From assembly GCA_001784735.1 (NCBI GenBank), contig MFSB01000008.1:1-40791 (forward strand): a stretch of 40,791 nucleotides of DNA. The letters are read 5' to 3'. The stretch's first letter is position 1. Every line of letters begins with the position of its first letter. The position numbers were made by a program, and so were the translations under genes. The stretch is from Candidatus Moranbacteria bacterium RIFCSPLOWO2_12_FULL_48_12 (GTDB taxonomy: Bacteria; Patescibacteriota; Minisyncoccia; Moranbacterales; UBA1568). Of this stretch, positions 8,763 through 16,696 are shown piece after piece. The notes beneath the pieces are model-generated. The model searched no databases and was not told where the DNA came from. It saw nothing but the letters and a program-made list of their open reading frames with translations.

Positions 8763-9316
8763 TAAATAAGAGTTAATTAACGTTTCGGGAGGCTGAAAAC
8801 TTCATCTCGTGGTACATACAAGCCAAGAAAGGAGCTTTTATTGCAACGTCGTTTAGTTTAATCTCAATTAGGGTCTAATTCCCCGCCGCTTGCGGCGAGT
8901 ATCAAAGACAAATTTGTCAAAGATACCTCGCGGCTTGCCGCGAGGAGTATTCATTGCATAAAACAGCACTTCTCTGGCTTCATAGAAAGAAAATTAAAAA
9001 AATCTAGCCTCCCATAAATACCATTAAACCGTAAATAACACCATCATTGATACTTCTTCCAGTTCAAACTGATGTATTCTATTCTAGTATTTTGCCAGCC
9101 TCGACGGCTAGGCGGGCAAAAAACTAGAATGCTTGCAAATGAGACATTGTTTTAGAATGTGGTTCTTGTCTTTTACTTGCATTCTAATTCTCACGGCTGT
9201 TAGTTTCAGAGCGCATTATATTATTTTTCAAATATACTGTCTAAAAATTCAAAGACCCGGGGAGAGAAGATTCATCTCCGCGGGCCCCTCCAAGTTTTGC
9301 TTTTTCTTACAATCCC

Positions 9317-9562
9317 TCAAATACGAGCGAGGCAGTAACGCAGTACCTCTGATATGTTGGATGGGTAAGCCGTTTCTTTTGGAAAGTCTCCCAGTCCCTT
9401 CCTGCCTTCCCGGAATCCCTGGAATGCTCTCGGTACAGGGAACGGGTCAACATGGGTATGTTCCGCGTTCATCATTTGAACCATCAAAAGGTAGACTTTT
9501 GCTTCGTCGGACAGCGGTGGCAACGATGCGAGAGGCGGTTCCATTATGAAATTGCTACGCAT
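9317..9562 (-). CDS. Hypothetical small protein (81 aa), possibly co-transcribed with the FabZ-like gene
   Basis: The ORF starts 12 nt after the stop of the 9575..10072 ORF on the same strand. A terminator-like hairpin plus T-run follows on the minus strand near 9255..9290. No recognisable motif. Confidence 0.3.
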   Translation of the reverse strand: MRSNFIMEPPLASLPPLSDEAKVYLLMVQMMNAEHTHVDPFPVPRAFQGFREGRKGLGDFPKETAYPSNISEVLRYCLARI

Positions 9563-9574
9563 CTCATTTTCTTC

Positions 9575-10072
9575 TTATAGGCTGGTTTGGTTAATCTTGA
9601 TTCGTTCAAGCATACGTCGGGGAAAACGAGTTCCTGTAAAATGTACAGTCGCCACGGATTTACCGTACTGGTTAAAAACCTCACCACGAAAAGTGAATCT
9701 CCGTTTGGTTTGATCGATTAGCTCAACCTCACAGGTTAAGCCATCGCCAGGCATAGCCGGTAATGCCACTTCAATCATTGATGTGTTGAGAATCGGAAAA
9801 ACCTCTCGATCTGTGAACATCATTAGCACGGCTCCGGTCAGATGCACGAACTCTGCGATGAGAACTCCCGGCATAATCCCGAAGTGATCCTGAATCCTTG
9901 TATCGTCAACGCACACTGAGAAATATCCACTGGCGCGAGTGCTTTCATGAATGTGCACCTTGTGAATTACGAGTGCACCACCACGATGTGGCAGGATTTG
10001 CTCAATCTCGACCATACCCAGGTCGACGTGAATAGCTTCCGGTGCAACCAATGCTACAGCGGGTACATTCAT
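9575..10072 (-). CDS. FabZ/FabA-like hotdog-fold dehydratase
   Basis: The motifs IEQILPHRGGALVIHKV and DHFGIMPGVLIAEFVHLTG match the (3R)-hydroxyacyl-ACP dehydratase pattern ILPHR..P..GHFP..P.MPGVL..E. GAGAAGGA lies upstream of the ATG. Confidence 0.75.
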   Translation of the reverse strand: MNVPAVALVAPEAIHVDLGMVEIEQILPHRGGALVIHKVHIHESTRASGYFSVCVDDTRIQDHFGIMPGVLIAEFVHLTGAVLMMFTDREVFPILNTSMIEVALPAMPGDGLTCEVELIDQTKRRFTFRGEVFNQYGKSVATVHFTGTRFPRRMLERIKINQTSL

Positions 10073-10151
10073 TGTGTATCCTTCTCAAAAATTGGCTGAA
10101 ACAAAAAACGAGCTTAATGCTCGTCACTTAAGGAACTAACTAATGTCCGTA

Positions 10152-10748
10152 TTATACCAGTTCCTTGCGATTTGTCAAGGAAGAGACGAGGGTGAGTTCG
10201 TCGGCGTATTCGATGTCGCCGCCGGTGGCCATGCCGCGTCCGATCCGGGTAACTTTGATCTTGCAGGGTTCCAGCTTTTTTTTCAGATAGAGAGCGGTCA
10301 GGTCACCTTCGGTGGTGGGATTGGTCGCCAGGATAACTTCCTTTATGCCGTCATTTGCTACCCGATGGAGGAGCTCGTTGATACGGAGAGTATCACTGTT
10401 GTCGCTCTTGCCGCTTTCCAAGAGGCCTCCCAGAACGTGGTAGAGACCAAGGTAGGCGCCAGTACGTTCGATAGCGATGACATCGAGTGGTTCTTCCACG
10501 AGGCAGAGGGTGTCAGTTATACGTTTGGTATCGGCGCAGATGGAGCAGAGTTCGCCTTCGGCGATATGGAAACAGCGTGTGCAGCTTTTCAGGTGATGGA
10601 GCGCTTCGAGGCTCTCCGCAAAGCTCTGGAGTTTCTCCTCGTCCTGTTTGAAGAGGTAGAGTACGATGCGTTCAGCCATTTTGGGACCGACGGAGGGGAG
10701 AGTGGAAAAATGTGCTATCAGGGATTGGAAGACCTTTGGATAATGCAT
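10152..10748 (-). CDS. recR: Recombination protein RecR
   Basis: LIAHFSTLPSVGPKMAERIVLYL (HhH), the Cys4 zinc finger CTRCFHIAEGELCSIC, and the Toprim block LCLVEEPLDVIAIERTG. Confidence 0.95.
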   Translation of the reverse strand: MHYPKVFQSLIAHFSTLPSVGPKMAERIVLYLFKQDEEKLQSFAESLEALHHLKSCTRCFHIAEGELCSICADTKRITDTLCLVEEPLDVIAIERTGAYLGLYHVLGGLLESGKSDNSDTLRINELLHRVANDGIKEVILATNPTTEGDLTALYLKKKLEPCKIKVTRIGRGMATGGDIEYADELTLVSSLTNRKELV

Positions 10749-10756
10749 TTGAAGAG

Positions 10757-10850
10757 GAATTATGAATTACGAATTATGAATAAAGAAAAGATAAACAATA
10801 AAAACCCGGTAAGTAAATCCTGATTCTTGATTCAAGATTCCTGATTCATT
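10757..10850. repeat. Heptamer-periodic imperfect hairpin element filling the dnaB-recR spacer
   Basis: Left arm GAATTATGAATTACGAATTATGAAT and right arm AATCCTGATTCTTGATTCAAGATTCCTGATTCATT are largely complementary with wobble pairs and mismatches. Confidence 0.55.
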
Positions 10851-12209
10851 TTAGGAGTGTATCTTCTCCAGCGACTTGAATGTGGTGGAGTTTTCCTCGA
10901 AATACAACTGCACTTTGCCGATGGGGCCGTTTCTGTGTTTGGCGACGATGATATCGGCGATGTTCTTGTTCGGGGTATCCGGCTTGACGCGATCTTCCCG
11001 GTAGAGGAACATCACCACGTCGGCATCCTGTTCGATCGAACCGGATTCGCGCAAATCGGAGAGCCGCGGTATCTGATCCGGACGGGATTCCACGGCTCGA
11101 GATAATTGCGAGAGGGCCATTATCGGGATATTTAATTCGCGAGCCAATTGTTTCAATCCGCGGGAAATTTCTGAGATTTCCTGGACGCGATTATCGCTTT
11201 GCCGGTTGCTGCGGCCTTCCATCAGCTGGAGATAGTCGACGATGATGAGCCCCAGATTGTGCTCGGCCTGGAGACGTCTGGCCATCGTCCGCATTTCCAT
11301 GATATTGAGCGAGCCCGAGTCATCGATGAAAATAGGGGCTTCAGAAAGGACGCCCATAGCGTCAGAAATACGCTCAAAGTCGTTATTCGAGCCTTCGCTT
11401 GAGAGTTTGCCGGTTCGCAAGCGCCAGAGGTCGACGCCGGCTTGGGCGGCGATCATCCGATCCACGAGCTGATCCGAGGACATTTCCAGAGAGAATATCC
11501 CCACCGGTACCTTGGAGTGAACGCCGATCTGCCGGGCGATGTCGAGGGCGAGGGCAGTTTTGCCCACCGATGGGCGGGCGGCCAGGATAAGGAGATCGGA
11601 TTTCTGGAGCCCGGCCAAGAGATTGTCGATATCCGGGAAAAAAGTCTGAACGCCGCGGAAGGCGTGATCGCTCTTGTGCAGTTCATCGATGCGGTTGAAA
11701 GCAATTTCGAGAATGGATTTGATGGGGACAAAATCCTGCTTGATATATTTTTGGGAAACGGCAAAGACTTTCTGTTCAGCTTCGTCAAGGATTTTTTGGA
11801 CGTCTTCGGATTCATCATAGCCCATTTCGACGATATCGCTCGCGGCGCTGATGAGGCGGCGGAGCAGGACTTTTTTCTGGACCACTTTGGCATAGTGGAC
11901 GACGTTCGAAGCGGAAGGAACAGAATTGACCAGCGAGGCGAGGTAGTTCGATCCGCCCACTTTTTCCAGCTGGCTCTGTTCTTCCAGCTTGTTGGCCAGC
12001 GACAAGACGTCGATCGGCTCGCGGTCTTCGTAGAGGGCGAGCATCGTTTCGTAAATCACGTTGTGGTCGTCTTTGTAGAAGTCACCCACTTTGAGCAGAT
12101 CGGCGATTTTGATGACAGCATCTTTGTCCAGCATCAAAGAGCCGAGCACCGAAGTTTCAGCTTCGAGATTATGCGGGGGAACGCGGAGATGATCGGTGGC
12201 TTTGGCCAT
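10851..12209 (-). CDS. dnaB: Replicative DNA helicase DnaB
   Basis: 452 aa. N-terminal PPHNLEAETSVLGSLML, Walker A ARPSVGKTALALD, and the IIVDYLQLM and SQLSRAVE blocks. Confidence 0.97.
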   Translation of the reverse strand: MAKATDHLRVPPHNLEAETSVLGSLMLDKDAVIKIADLLKVGDFYKDDHNVIYETMLALYEDREPIDVLSLANKLEEQSQLEKVGGSNYLASLVNSVPSASNVVHYAKVVQKKVLLRRLISAASDIVEMGYDESEDVQKILDEAEQKVFAVSQKYIKQDFVPIKSILEIAFNRIDELHKSDHAFRGVQTFFPDIDNLLAGLQKSDLLILAARPSVGKTALALDIARQIGVHSKVPVGIFSLEMSSDQLVDRMIAAQAGVDLWRLRTGKLSSEGSNNDFERISDAMGVLSEAPIFIDDSGSLNIMEMRTMARRLQAEHNLGLIIVDYLQLMEGRSNRQSDNRVQEISEISRGLKQLARELNIPIMALSQLSRAVESRPDQIPRLSDLRESGSIEQDADVVMFLYREDRVKPDTPNKNIADIIVAKHRNGPIGKVQLYFEENSTTFKSLEKIHS

Positions 12210-12252
12210 TATCTGTAAGAATTAAAAGTTGTATCTATAATTATTTACTCTT

Positions 12253-12332
12253 TGTCATCTCGACTGAGTCTTCGAATGGAGGGATCTGTTTTCCAAAAAT
12301 AAATAGATTCCTCAACGGGCTCGGAATGACAC
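12253..12332. repeat. TGTCAT..GGAATGACA-family intergenic element
   Basis: TGTCATCTCGACTGAGTCTTCGAATGGAGGGATC ... GGGCTCGGAATGACAC. Related copies are at 15285, 18480..18614 and 35268..35348. Confidence 0.55.
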
Positions 12333-12447
12333 CTTCTTCTTACGCCTTATCTTTTCAAATGTGTTTGAACGAACGTAAGCTTTATTATACTGAACGTCGA
12401 GAAGAAGTCCAATGTTTCTGTTGTATAAAATGTGACTAACTCGTGGG

Positions 12448-12476
12448 TTGACAAAACAGAATTTATGGTGTATAAT
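12448..12476 (+). promoter_or_regulatory. Perfect sigma70-type consensus TTGACA-N17-TATAAT, oriented antisense into the cysS 3' end
   Basis: TTGACA at 12448..12453, a 17-nt spacer, and TATAAT at 12471..12476. It lies inside the loop of the ACAGAAT/ATTCTGT hairpin that probably terminates cysS on the other strand. Confidence 0.35.
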
Positions 12477-12498
12477 AAACATTCTGTAGTGTCTTTTT

Positions 12499-13947
12499 TT
12501 AAGATTTCTTCAAGCGATAGCCTCCGGGAATATCCTCCGCTTTGTAGCCGCGTTTTTCAATGAGATCACGCAGGCGATCAGATTCGGCGAAATCTTTCGT
12601 TTGGCGAGCTGCCTCGCGCGCTTTGGCCATATCTTCTACGTCTGTTGGAATAATTTCTTTTTCCCTAGTCAGACCGAAGAACAAGAATATCTTTTCGAAA
12701 ACCAGTCCGAGAACCGCAGCGTCTACCGTTTCTTTTTGATCGAGCAACATATTTATTTTTTTTATCAATTCGAAGGTGACGGCAAGCGCCAGAGGAGTGT
12801 TCAGATCATCGCGCATCGCCTCTCTCACTTTTTTCAAGTACTCTTCTCCTCCGAAAGCACTTGCCCCGTGATTCGCTCCAACGGATTTTACGGAGCCAGG
12901 TATATTTTGCTCGCCTTTAACGCTGTTCAAACGCTCCACAATGCTGTACAGAACTTCTTTGTTTTTCTTTGCCTGCTCCAGAGCCTCCCAGGTGAAATTC
13001 ATCTGACTGCGATAGTGGGCGCCGATATAGAGCATGCGCAGATCCATCGGAGAAAAGCCTTTTTTCAAGATATCTTCCAATATATAGAAGTTGCCTTTGG
13101 ATTTACCCATCTTTTCACCATCCACGAGGAGGTGGCGAGTATGAAGCCAGTAACGGACAAAAGGCTTACCGGTAACACCTTCGGACTGGACGATTTCCGC
13201 CTCATGATGGGGAAAAATATTATCTTCACCGCCGGTGTGGATGTCCAGCGTATCGCCGAGGTATTCCATGCTCATCGCGCTGCATTCGATGTGCCAGCCG
13301 GGATAGCCTTCGCTCCACGGCGATGGCCAGTGCATCAGGTGATCTTTGGGGGCTTTGAGCCACAGAGCAAAATCCCAAGGATGTTTCTTATCGGGATGCT
13401 CTTCGAGACGGGCGCCTACTTTCAAATTTTCCAAAGTATTGCCGGAGAGCCTGCCGTACTGGGGAAAAGAAGTGACATCGAGAAACACATTGCCATTTTT
13501 TTCATACGCATAACCTTTCTTGATGAGTTCCTTGATCAGCTTGATCATCTGCTTGATGTGGGCGGTGGCGCGGGGAAAGTAATGGGCTGGTAAAATATTG
13601 AGCGCTTTTTCCATCCGCAAGAAATATTCTTCATAGAAGCGGGTAATTTCTTCAGGGCTTTTCTTTTCCGCTCTGGCCTTTTTTTCAATCTTGTCTTCTC
13701 CACTATCGGCTTGACCAACTTCGTCTTCCGTTAAATGACCAACATCGGTGATGTTCTTAATCATCCGTACCTCAAAACCCGCGTTCTCGAGAACGCGGCG
13801 CAGCGTATCGGCAAACACGTAGGCGCGGATATTGCCGATTTGCATATATCCGTAGACTGTCGGGCCGCAAACATACATCCCGACTTTGCCGGGATGGAGA
13901 GGTTCAAAGACTTCTTTTTTCTTGGTAAGTGTATTATAGAATTTCAT
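12499..13947 (-). CDS. cysS: Cysteine--tRNA ligase
   Basis: [39 protein letters not shown]-type region and KMGKSKGN (KMSKS). Confidence 0.97.
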   Translation of the reverse strand: MKFYNTLTKKKEVFEPLHPGKVGMYVCGPTVYGYMQIGNIRAYVFADTLRRVLENAGFEVRMIKNITDVGHLTEDEVGQADSGEDKIEKKARAEKKSPEEITRFYEEYFLRMEKALNILPAHYFPRATAHIKQMIKLIKELIKKGYAYEKNGNVFLDVTSFPQYGRLSGNTLENLKVGARLEEHPDKKHPWDFALWLKAPKDHLMHWPSPWSEGYPGWHIECSAMSMEYLGDTLDIHTGGEDNIFPHHEAEIVQSEGVTGKPFVRYWLHTRHLLVDGEKMGKSKGNFYILEDILKKGFSPMDLRMLYIGAHYRSQMNFTWEALEQAKKNKEVLYSIVERLNSVKGEQNIPGSVKSVGANHGASAFGGEEYLKKVREAMRDDLNTPLALAVTFELIKKINMLLDQKETVDAAVLGLVFEKIFLFFGLTREKEIIPTDVEDMAKAREAARQTKDFAESDRLRDLIEKRGYKAEDIPGGYRLKKS

Positions 13948-13995
13948 AGTTGTCGTTATCGTAATTCACGATTCACTATTCTTAATTCCGCCTTG

Positions 13996-14905
13996 CTAGA
14001 GCCACTTCTTGATTCTGAAAACCGTGATAGTGATGAGGGAGAGGAATATCATCAGGCTGGTGTGGATCCAGAAAGCATGCGGATTGTGTCCGAATGGGAT
14101 CTGGGCGCTCATCGCGAGCATGTTGGAATAGACAGTCATGGGGAGGAGGATAGCGGAGAAAATGGTGAGCACTTTCATCGTCAGTTCCAGCTTGTTGGAG
14201 AGGAGGGAATTGTTGGTGGCTTCGAGCGCCTCGATGGTTTCTTTCTGGCTCTCCAGGATGTTCCACAGGCGGACGTTGGTGCCGATCATATCCTGGAAAT
14301 AGATCTTCGTTTCCGCCGGGATGAACGGGTGATCCTTCTGGAGGATGGATTCAAGGATGGAGCGCTGGGGTTTCAGGGTGCGGCGGAAGTTGAGGATGTC
14401 GCGCTTCAAGACGGAGATCTCGAAAACCATCTCCTTTTCTTTTTCCGCGAAGACCTGATTTTCGATAAAATCCAGCTTTTGGCTGATATGGTTGAGGCGC
14501 GGGAAGCAGGAATTGAGAAGGAGGGCGATGATATGGTGGAGGAGGTGGGCCGGAGTAGTTTCCATGGACAGTCGGCGCTTGCCTTCGCTCTTTTGCAGAT
14601 CCTCGAAAAATTTAGTGAGCTGATAGATGCTTTGGCGGTGGCTGGTGATGAGATGGCGGTCGGTCAGGATGATATCCAGTTCGCCCGAATACGTCGTCCG
14701 CTTCTCCGTGTCGAAGAGGGGGATATGGATGGAAAGGAACAGGCAGTTATCGTACTGCACGACTTTGGGCTGATAGGTGGGCGTGATGAGCTCCTATATC
14801 GCCAGCGGATGGATATTGAAATTTTCCTGGAGAAAAGTGATGTCATCGTTCTCCGGGTTCTCAAAATCGATCCACGTTATTTTTTTGTGTTTGAGGATTT
14901 TCATT
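13996..14905 (-). pseudogene. CorA-like Mg2+/Co2+ transporter gene, disrupted
   Basis: The C-terminal part (ORF 13996..14760) has the CorA two-TM tail, but YGMN is replaced by YSNM. The upstream N-terminus MKILKHKK.. (ATG 14905) is out of frame by one nt in an A8 run (14880..14887). An in-frame TAG (14794..14796) follows IHPLAI. Confidence 0.75.
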
Positions 14906-14917
14906 TTTATTTGTGGC

Positions 14918-14954
14918 CTCCTCCACTTTCCAAGGGGAGGGTAGGGAGGGGTTT
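14918..14954. repeat. CCTCC..TTTCCAAGGGGAGGGTNGGGAGGGGTT hairpin repeat, copy 1
   Basis: Near-identical to 17474..17510. Contains the hairpin core CCTCC(A/C)CTT-TCC-AAGGGGAGG. Confidence 0.7.
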
Positions 14955-15024
14955 GAAATTTACTTTAGTATATCAAGCAAAAGTATAATTGACAAAACCC
15001 TGTGGGGAGGACTATGCTCTCAGT

Positions 15025-15261
15025 ATGTTGAAAAAGTTTGTTCTTGGGTTTATACGGTTATACCAAAAAACCATCTCTTTTGAACACGGGTTCATCGGGA
15101 TGCTGTTCGGGGAACGGTTTTGCCGTTTTCATCCGACCTGCAGCGCCTATACGTACGAGGCCATAGAGCGCTATGGTGTCGCGCGCGGAAGTTTTTTGGG
15201 GCTGAAGCGTATTTTTCGTTGTCATCCGTGGAATGATGGGGGGTATGATCCGGTGCCCTGA
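15025..15261 (+). CDS. yidD: Membrane protein insertion efficiency factor YidD
   Basis: [49 protein letters not shown]. The conserved part starts at ATG 15025. Confidence 0.9.
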   Translation: MLKKFVLGFIRLYQKTISFEHGFIGMLFGERFCRFHPTCSAYTYEAIERYGVARGSFLGLKRIFRCHPWNDGGYDPVP

Positions 15262-15284
15262 GTCAACTTAGATCGTTTGTATTT

Positions 15285-15314
15285 TGTCATTCCCGCGAAG
15301 GCGGGAATCCAGGA
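15285..15314. repeat. TGTCATTCCCGC-GAAG-GCGGGAATCCAGGA hairpin repeat
   Basis: Same family as 35268..35296 and 35319..35348 (GTCATTCC..GGAATCCAG). Confidence 0.65.
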
Positions 15315-15486
15315 TTTCAGATTAGTGATTTTGTAATATATTTAGTTGGATTCAGTGTTGGAATCTATTAAAAGAGTCTAGAGAAGAATACAGACTTTCT
15401 GAATAGATTCTAACCAGTCCGTTAACAATCAGTCAGTTGGTATGATTGTGACGGTTTTTTGTCTTTTTTATGATGGAGGAACGAAG

Positions 15487-15651
15487 ATGACGAAGAAAGT
15501 TCAGAAAAGAATGCCGCCGGTGGAAGAAGCTTTCGCTGGCATTGAAAATTGGCCGCCCAGGCATGTCCACACAAGGGGCGTCCGTACGTCACTGAGAACT
15601 GGGATCGTTTCCGCGAAAAAGATTTCTCCATCAACCGCAGTCAGGAAATAG
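15487..15651 (+). CDS. Small ORF s1 (54 aa), SD-led
   Basis: GGAGGA lies 6 nt upstream of ATG 15487. The N-terminal half looks protein-like and the C-terminal half is R/S/T-rich. An alternative frame (15549..15896) competes with it. Confidence 0.35.
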   Translation: MTKKVQKRMPPVEEAFAGIENWPPRHVHTRGVRTSLRTGIVSAKKISPSTAVRK

Positions 15652-15661
15652 GGAGGAGCTC

Positions 15662-15862
15662 ATGCCAGATACAAAGCGCGGACCACGTGCTCCAAACGGA
15701 CGAGTTGTTTGTCTGGTGTTTCTCTCGATTGTTGCTGAAAAGGGAGAAAGCCAGCTTGGTTCAGACGGAAAGCTTCGCAGAATCACAGTGCAGGTGGCAA
15801 GACAAATGCATTATCGCGTGGGTAAGTGTTGCGACGAGCGTTGTAGGAGGAAGTGCCAATGA
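15662..15862 (+). CDS. Small ORF s2 (66 aa) with C-terminal Cys cluster GKCCDERCRRKCQ
   Basis: GGGAGGAG overlaps the s1 stop and lies a few nt upstream of ATG 15662. The stop overlaps the s3 start (ATGA). Confidence 0.45.
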   Translation: MPDTKRGPRAPNGRVVCLVFLSIVAEKGESQLGSDGKLRRITVQVARQMHYRVGKCCDERCRRKCQ

Positions 15863-16053
15863 CTCAAACAGCGACCGGAACAGCAAGGGCCGTTAAGCAG
15901 GTTCCTTGTAAACAGATCCCTCAATTTTCTTCAGTTTCGGAATCCGTTGCCATTGCCAAGTTTTGGCAGGTGATAGCAGGAAAAAATTCCGCGGAGCGAA
16001 AAGTCTGCAGGGATTGCGAATATTGCCCTTTTAAAACGGGGCATCCGATTTAA
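15859..16053 (+). CDS. Small ORF s3 (64 aa) with C-terminal CRDCEYC motif
   Basis: AGGAGG (15845..15850) lies 8 nt upstream of ATG 15859. ATGA overlap with s2. Confidence 0.45.
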   Translation: MTQTATGTARAVKQVPCKQIPQFSSVSESVAIAKFWQVIAGKNSAERKVCRDCEYCPFKTGHPI

Positions 16054-16115
16054 TTACGTAGTAAGAATACGGTGCTGGTAAGCAATCTGGTGCCGTAGCA
16101 AGGAGAGGGGAAGGT

Positions 16116-16145
16116 ATGGAGCTTCCAGCATATCAATGTTGTTAA
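16116..16145 (+). CDS. Mini-ORF (9 aa, MELPAYQCC), SD-led
   Basis: AGGAGAGGGG (16101..16110) lies 5 nt upstream of the ATG. Too short to judge as coding. Confidence 0.2.
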   Translation: MELPAYQCC

Positions 16146-16161
16146 TCAAGAAGGGGGTGCT

Positions 16162-16458
16162 ATGTCGTCACAAATAGAAATACCCACGTTTGTCCCGCAA
16201 CTTGGGGAGCGTGTTGGAAGATCGGACCTGCGACCTATGCAGGTGTTTCAACGGTCTGAAACGGTGCCGGGCTGGATGTGTCTGCACGCTGATGAGTCCA
16301 GGGTTCCGGAGCAAGTGGCAGCTACGGTGCACTACGATTCGGAGTCTTCCTTGTGCACCAGTACGTGTGCGTGCAAAGGGCCGTGCCAAGAATTGCACAT
16401 ACGGCTCAAGGGACAGGGCACACAGCAGAAGGACAAAAAGAAGGGGAGAAAACACTAG
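16162..16458 (+). CDS. Small ORF s4 (98 aa) with Cys/Ser/Thr cluster SLCTSTCACKGPC and a Lys-rich tail
   Basis: AAGGGGG lies upstream of ATG 16162. Third-position G/T preference resembles that of host genes. A competing frame (16190..16489) is also Cys-rich. Confidence 0.4.
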   Translation: MSSQIEIPTFVPQLGERVGRSDLRPMQVFQRSETVPGWMCLHADESRVPEQVAATVHYDSESSLCTSTCACKGPCQELHIRLKGQGTQQKDKKKGRKH

Positions 16459-16577
16459 CGCGTATAACATCGAAAAATTTATAAACTGATCGAGCCAATG
16501 GGCTCACACGTGGCAACGGCCACATAAGAATAGGGGTGCACAGAACACGTGACACCCCTTTCAAATGCTTTTGAGGG

Positions 16578-16604
16578 TTAGCACTCTACTTGACAGAGTG
16601 CCAA
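16578..16604. promoter_or_regulatory. CIRCE operator (HrcA binding site)
   Basis: TTAGCACTC-N9-GAGTGCCAA against the consensus TTAGCACTC-N9-GAGTGCTAA (one mismatch), directly upstream of hrcA. Confidence 0.9.
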
Positions 16605-16618
16605 TAGGTATTTATAAT
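16590..16618 (+). promoter_or_regulatory. Consensus sigma70-type promoter of the hrcA-grpE-dnaK cluster
   Basis: TTGACA (16590..16595, inside the CIRCE spacer), exactly 17 nt, then TATAAT (16613..16618). Confidence 0.8.
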
Positions 16619-16648
16619 GAAACTGGGATTCAATATATTGATAAATCT

Positions 16649-16684
16649 GTACACTATTTTCCGCGACCGCGGAAAATAGTGTAC
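16649..16684. promoter_or_regulatory. 36-nt palindrome (17-nt perfect arms) in the hrcA leader
   Basis: GTACACTATTTTCCGCG-AC-CGCGGAAAATAGTGTAC, checked base by base. It lies between the promoter and the GTG start at 16697. Confidence 0.85.
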
Positions 16685-16696
16685 ATCGAGTAGAGT

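Noticed and set aside
9133-9549. Plus-strand 138-aa ORF in the accessory tract
   Set aside because: It has no SD and no motif, it runs through terminator-like hairpins, and it overlaps the minus-strand ORF that is positioned as part of the FabZ-like operon. It is treated as non-coding, with low certainty.
14794-14796. The in-frame TAG in corA as stop-codon recoding or readthrough
   Set aside because: TAG terminates other good genes in the window (the PfkB kinase at 2454..2456 and the 636-aa ORF at 5779..5781). The same gene also has a frameshift and a degenerate GMN motif, so a pseudogene is the simpler reading.
15549-15896. The 115-aa alternative-frame ORF, and 16190..16489, across the small-ORF region
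   Set aside because: They start at TTG without an SD, whereas the competing frames have strong SDs and coupled stops and starts. They cannot be fully excluded. Part of frame 15549 (KGRPYVTENWDRFREKDF) looks protein-like, so a decayed longer gene remains possible.
15262-16690. A large housekeeping RNA (RNase P RNA, tmRNA, SRP or 6S) hiding in the ORF-poor 1.4 kb
   Set aside because: I found none of the signature strings I know: GGAAAGTCCGG-type P4, a tmRNA tRNA-like end with a tag ORF, or an SRP GGAA/AGCA motif helix. This was only an eye scan, so Rfam should still be run.
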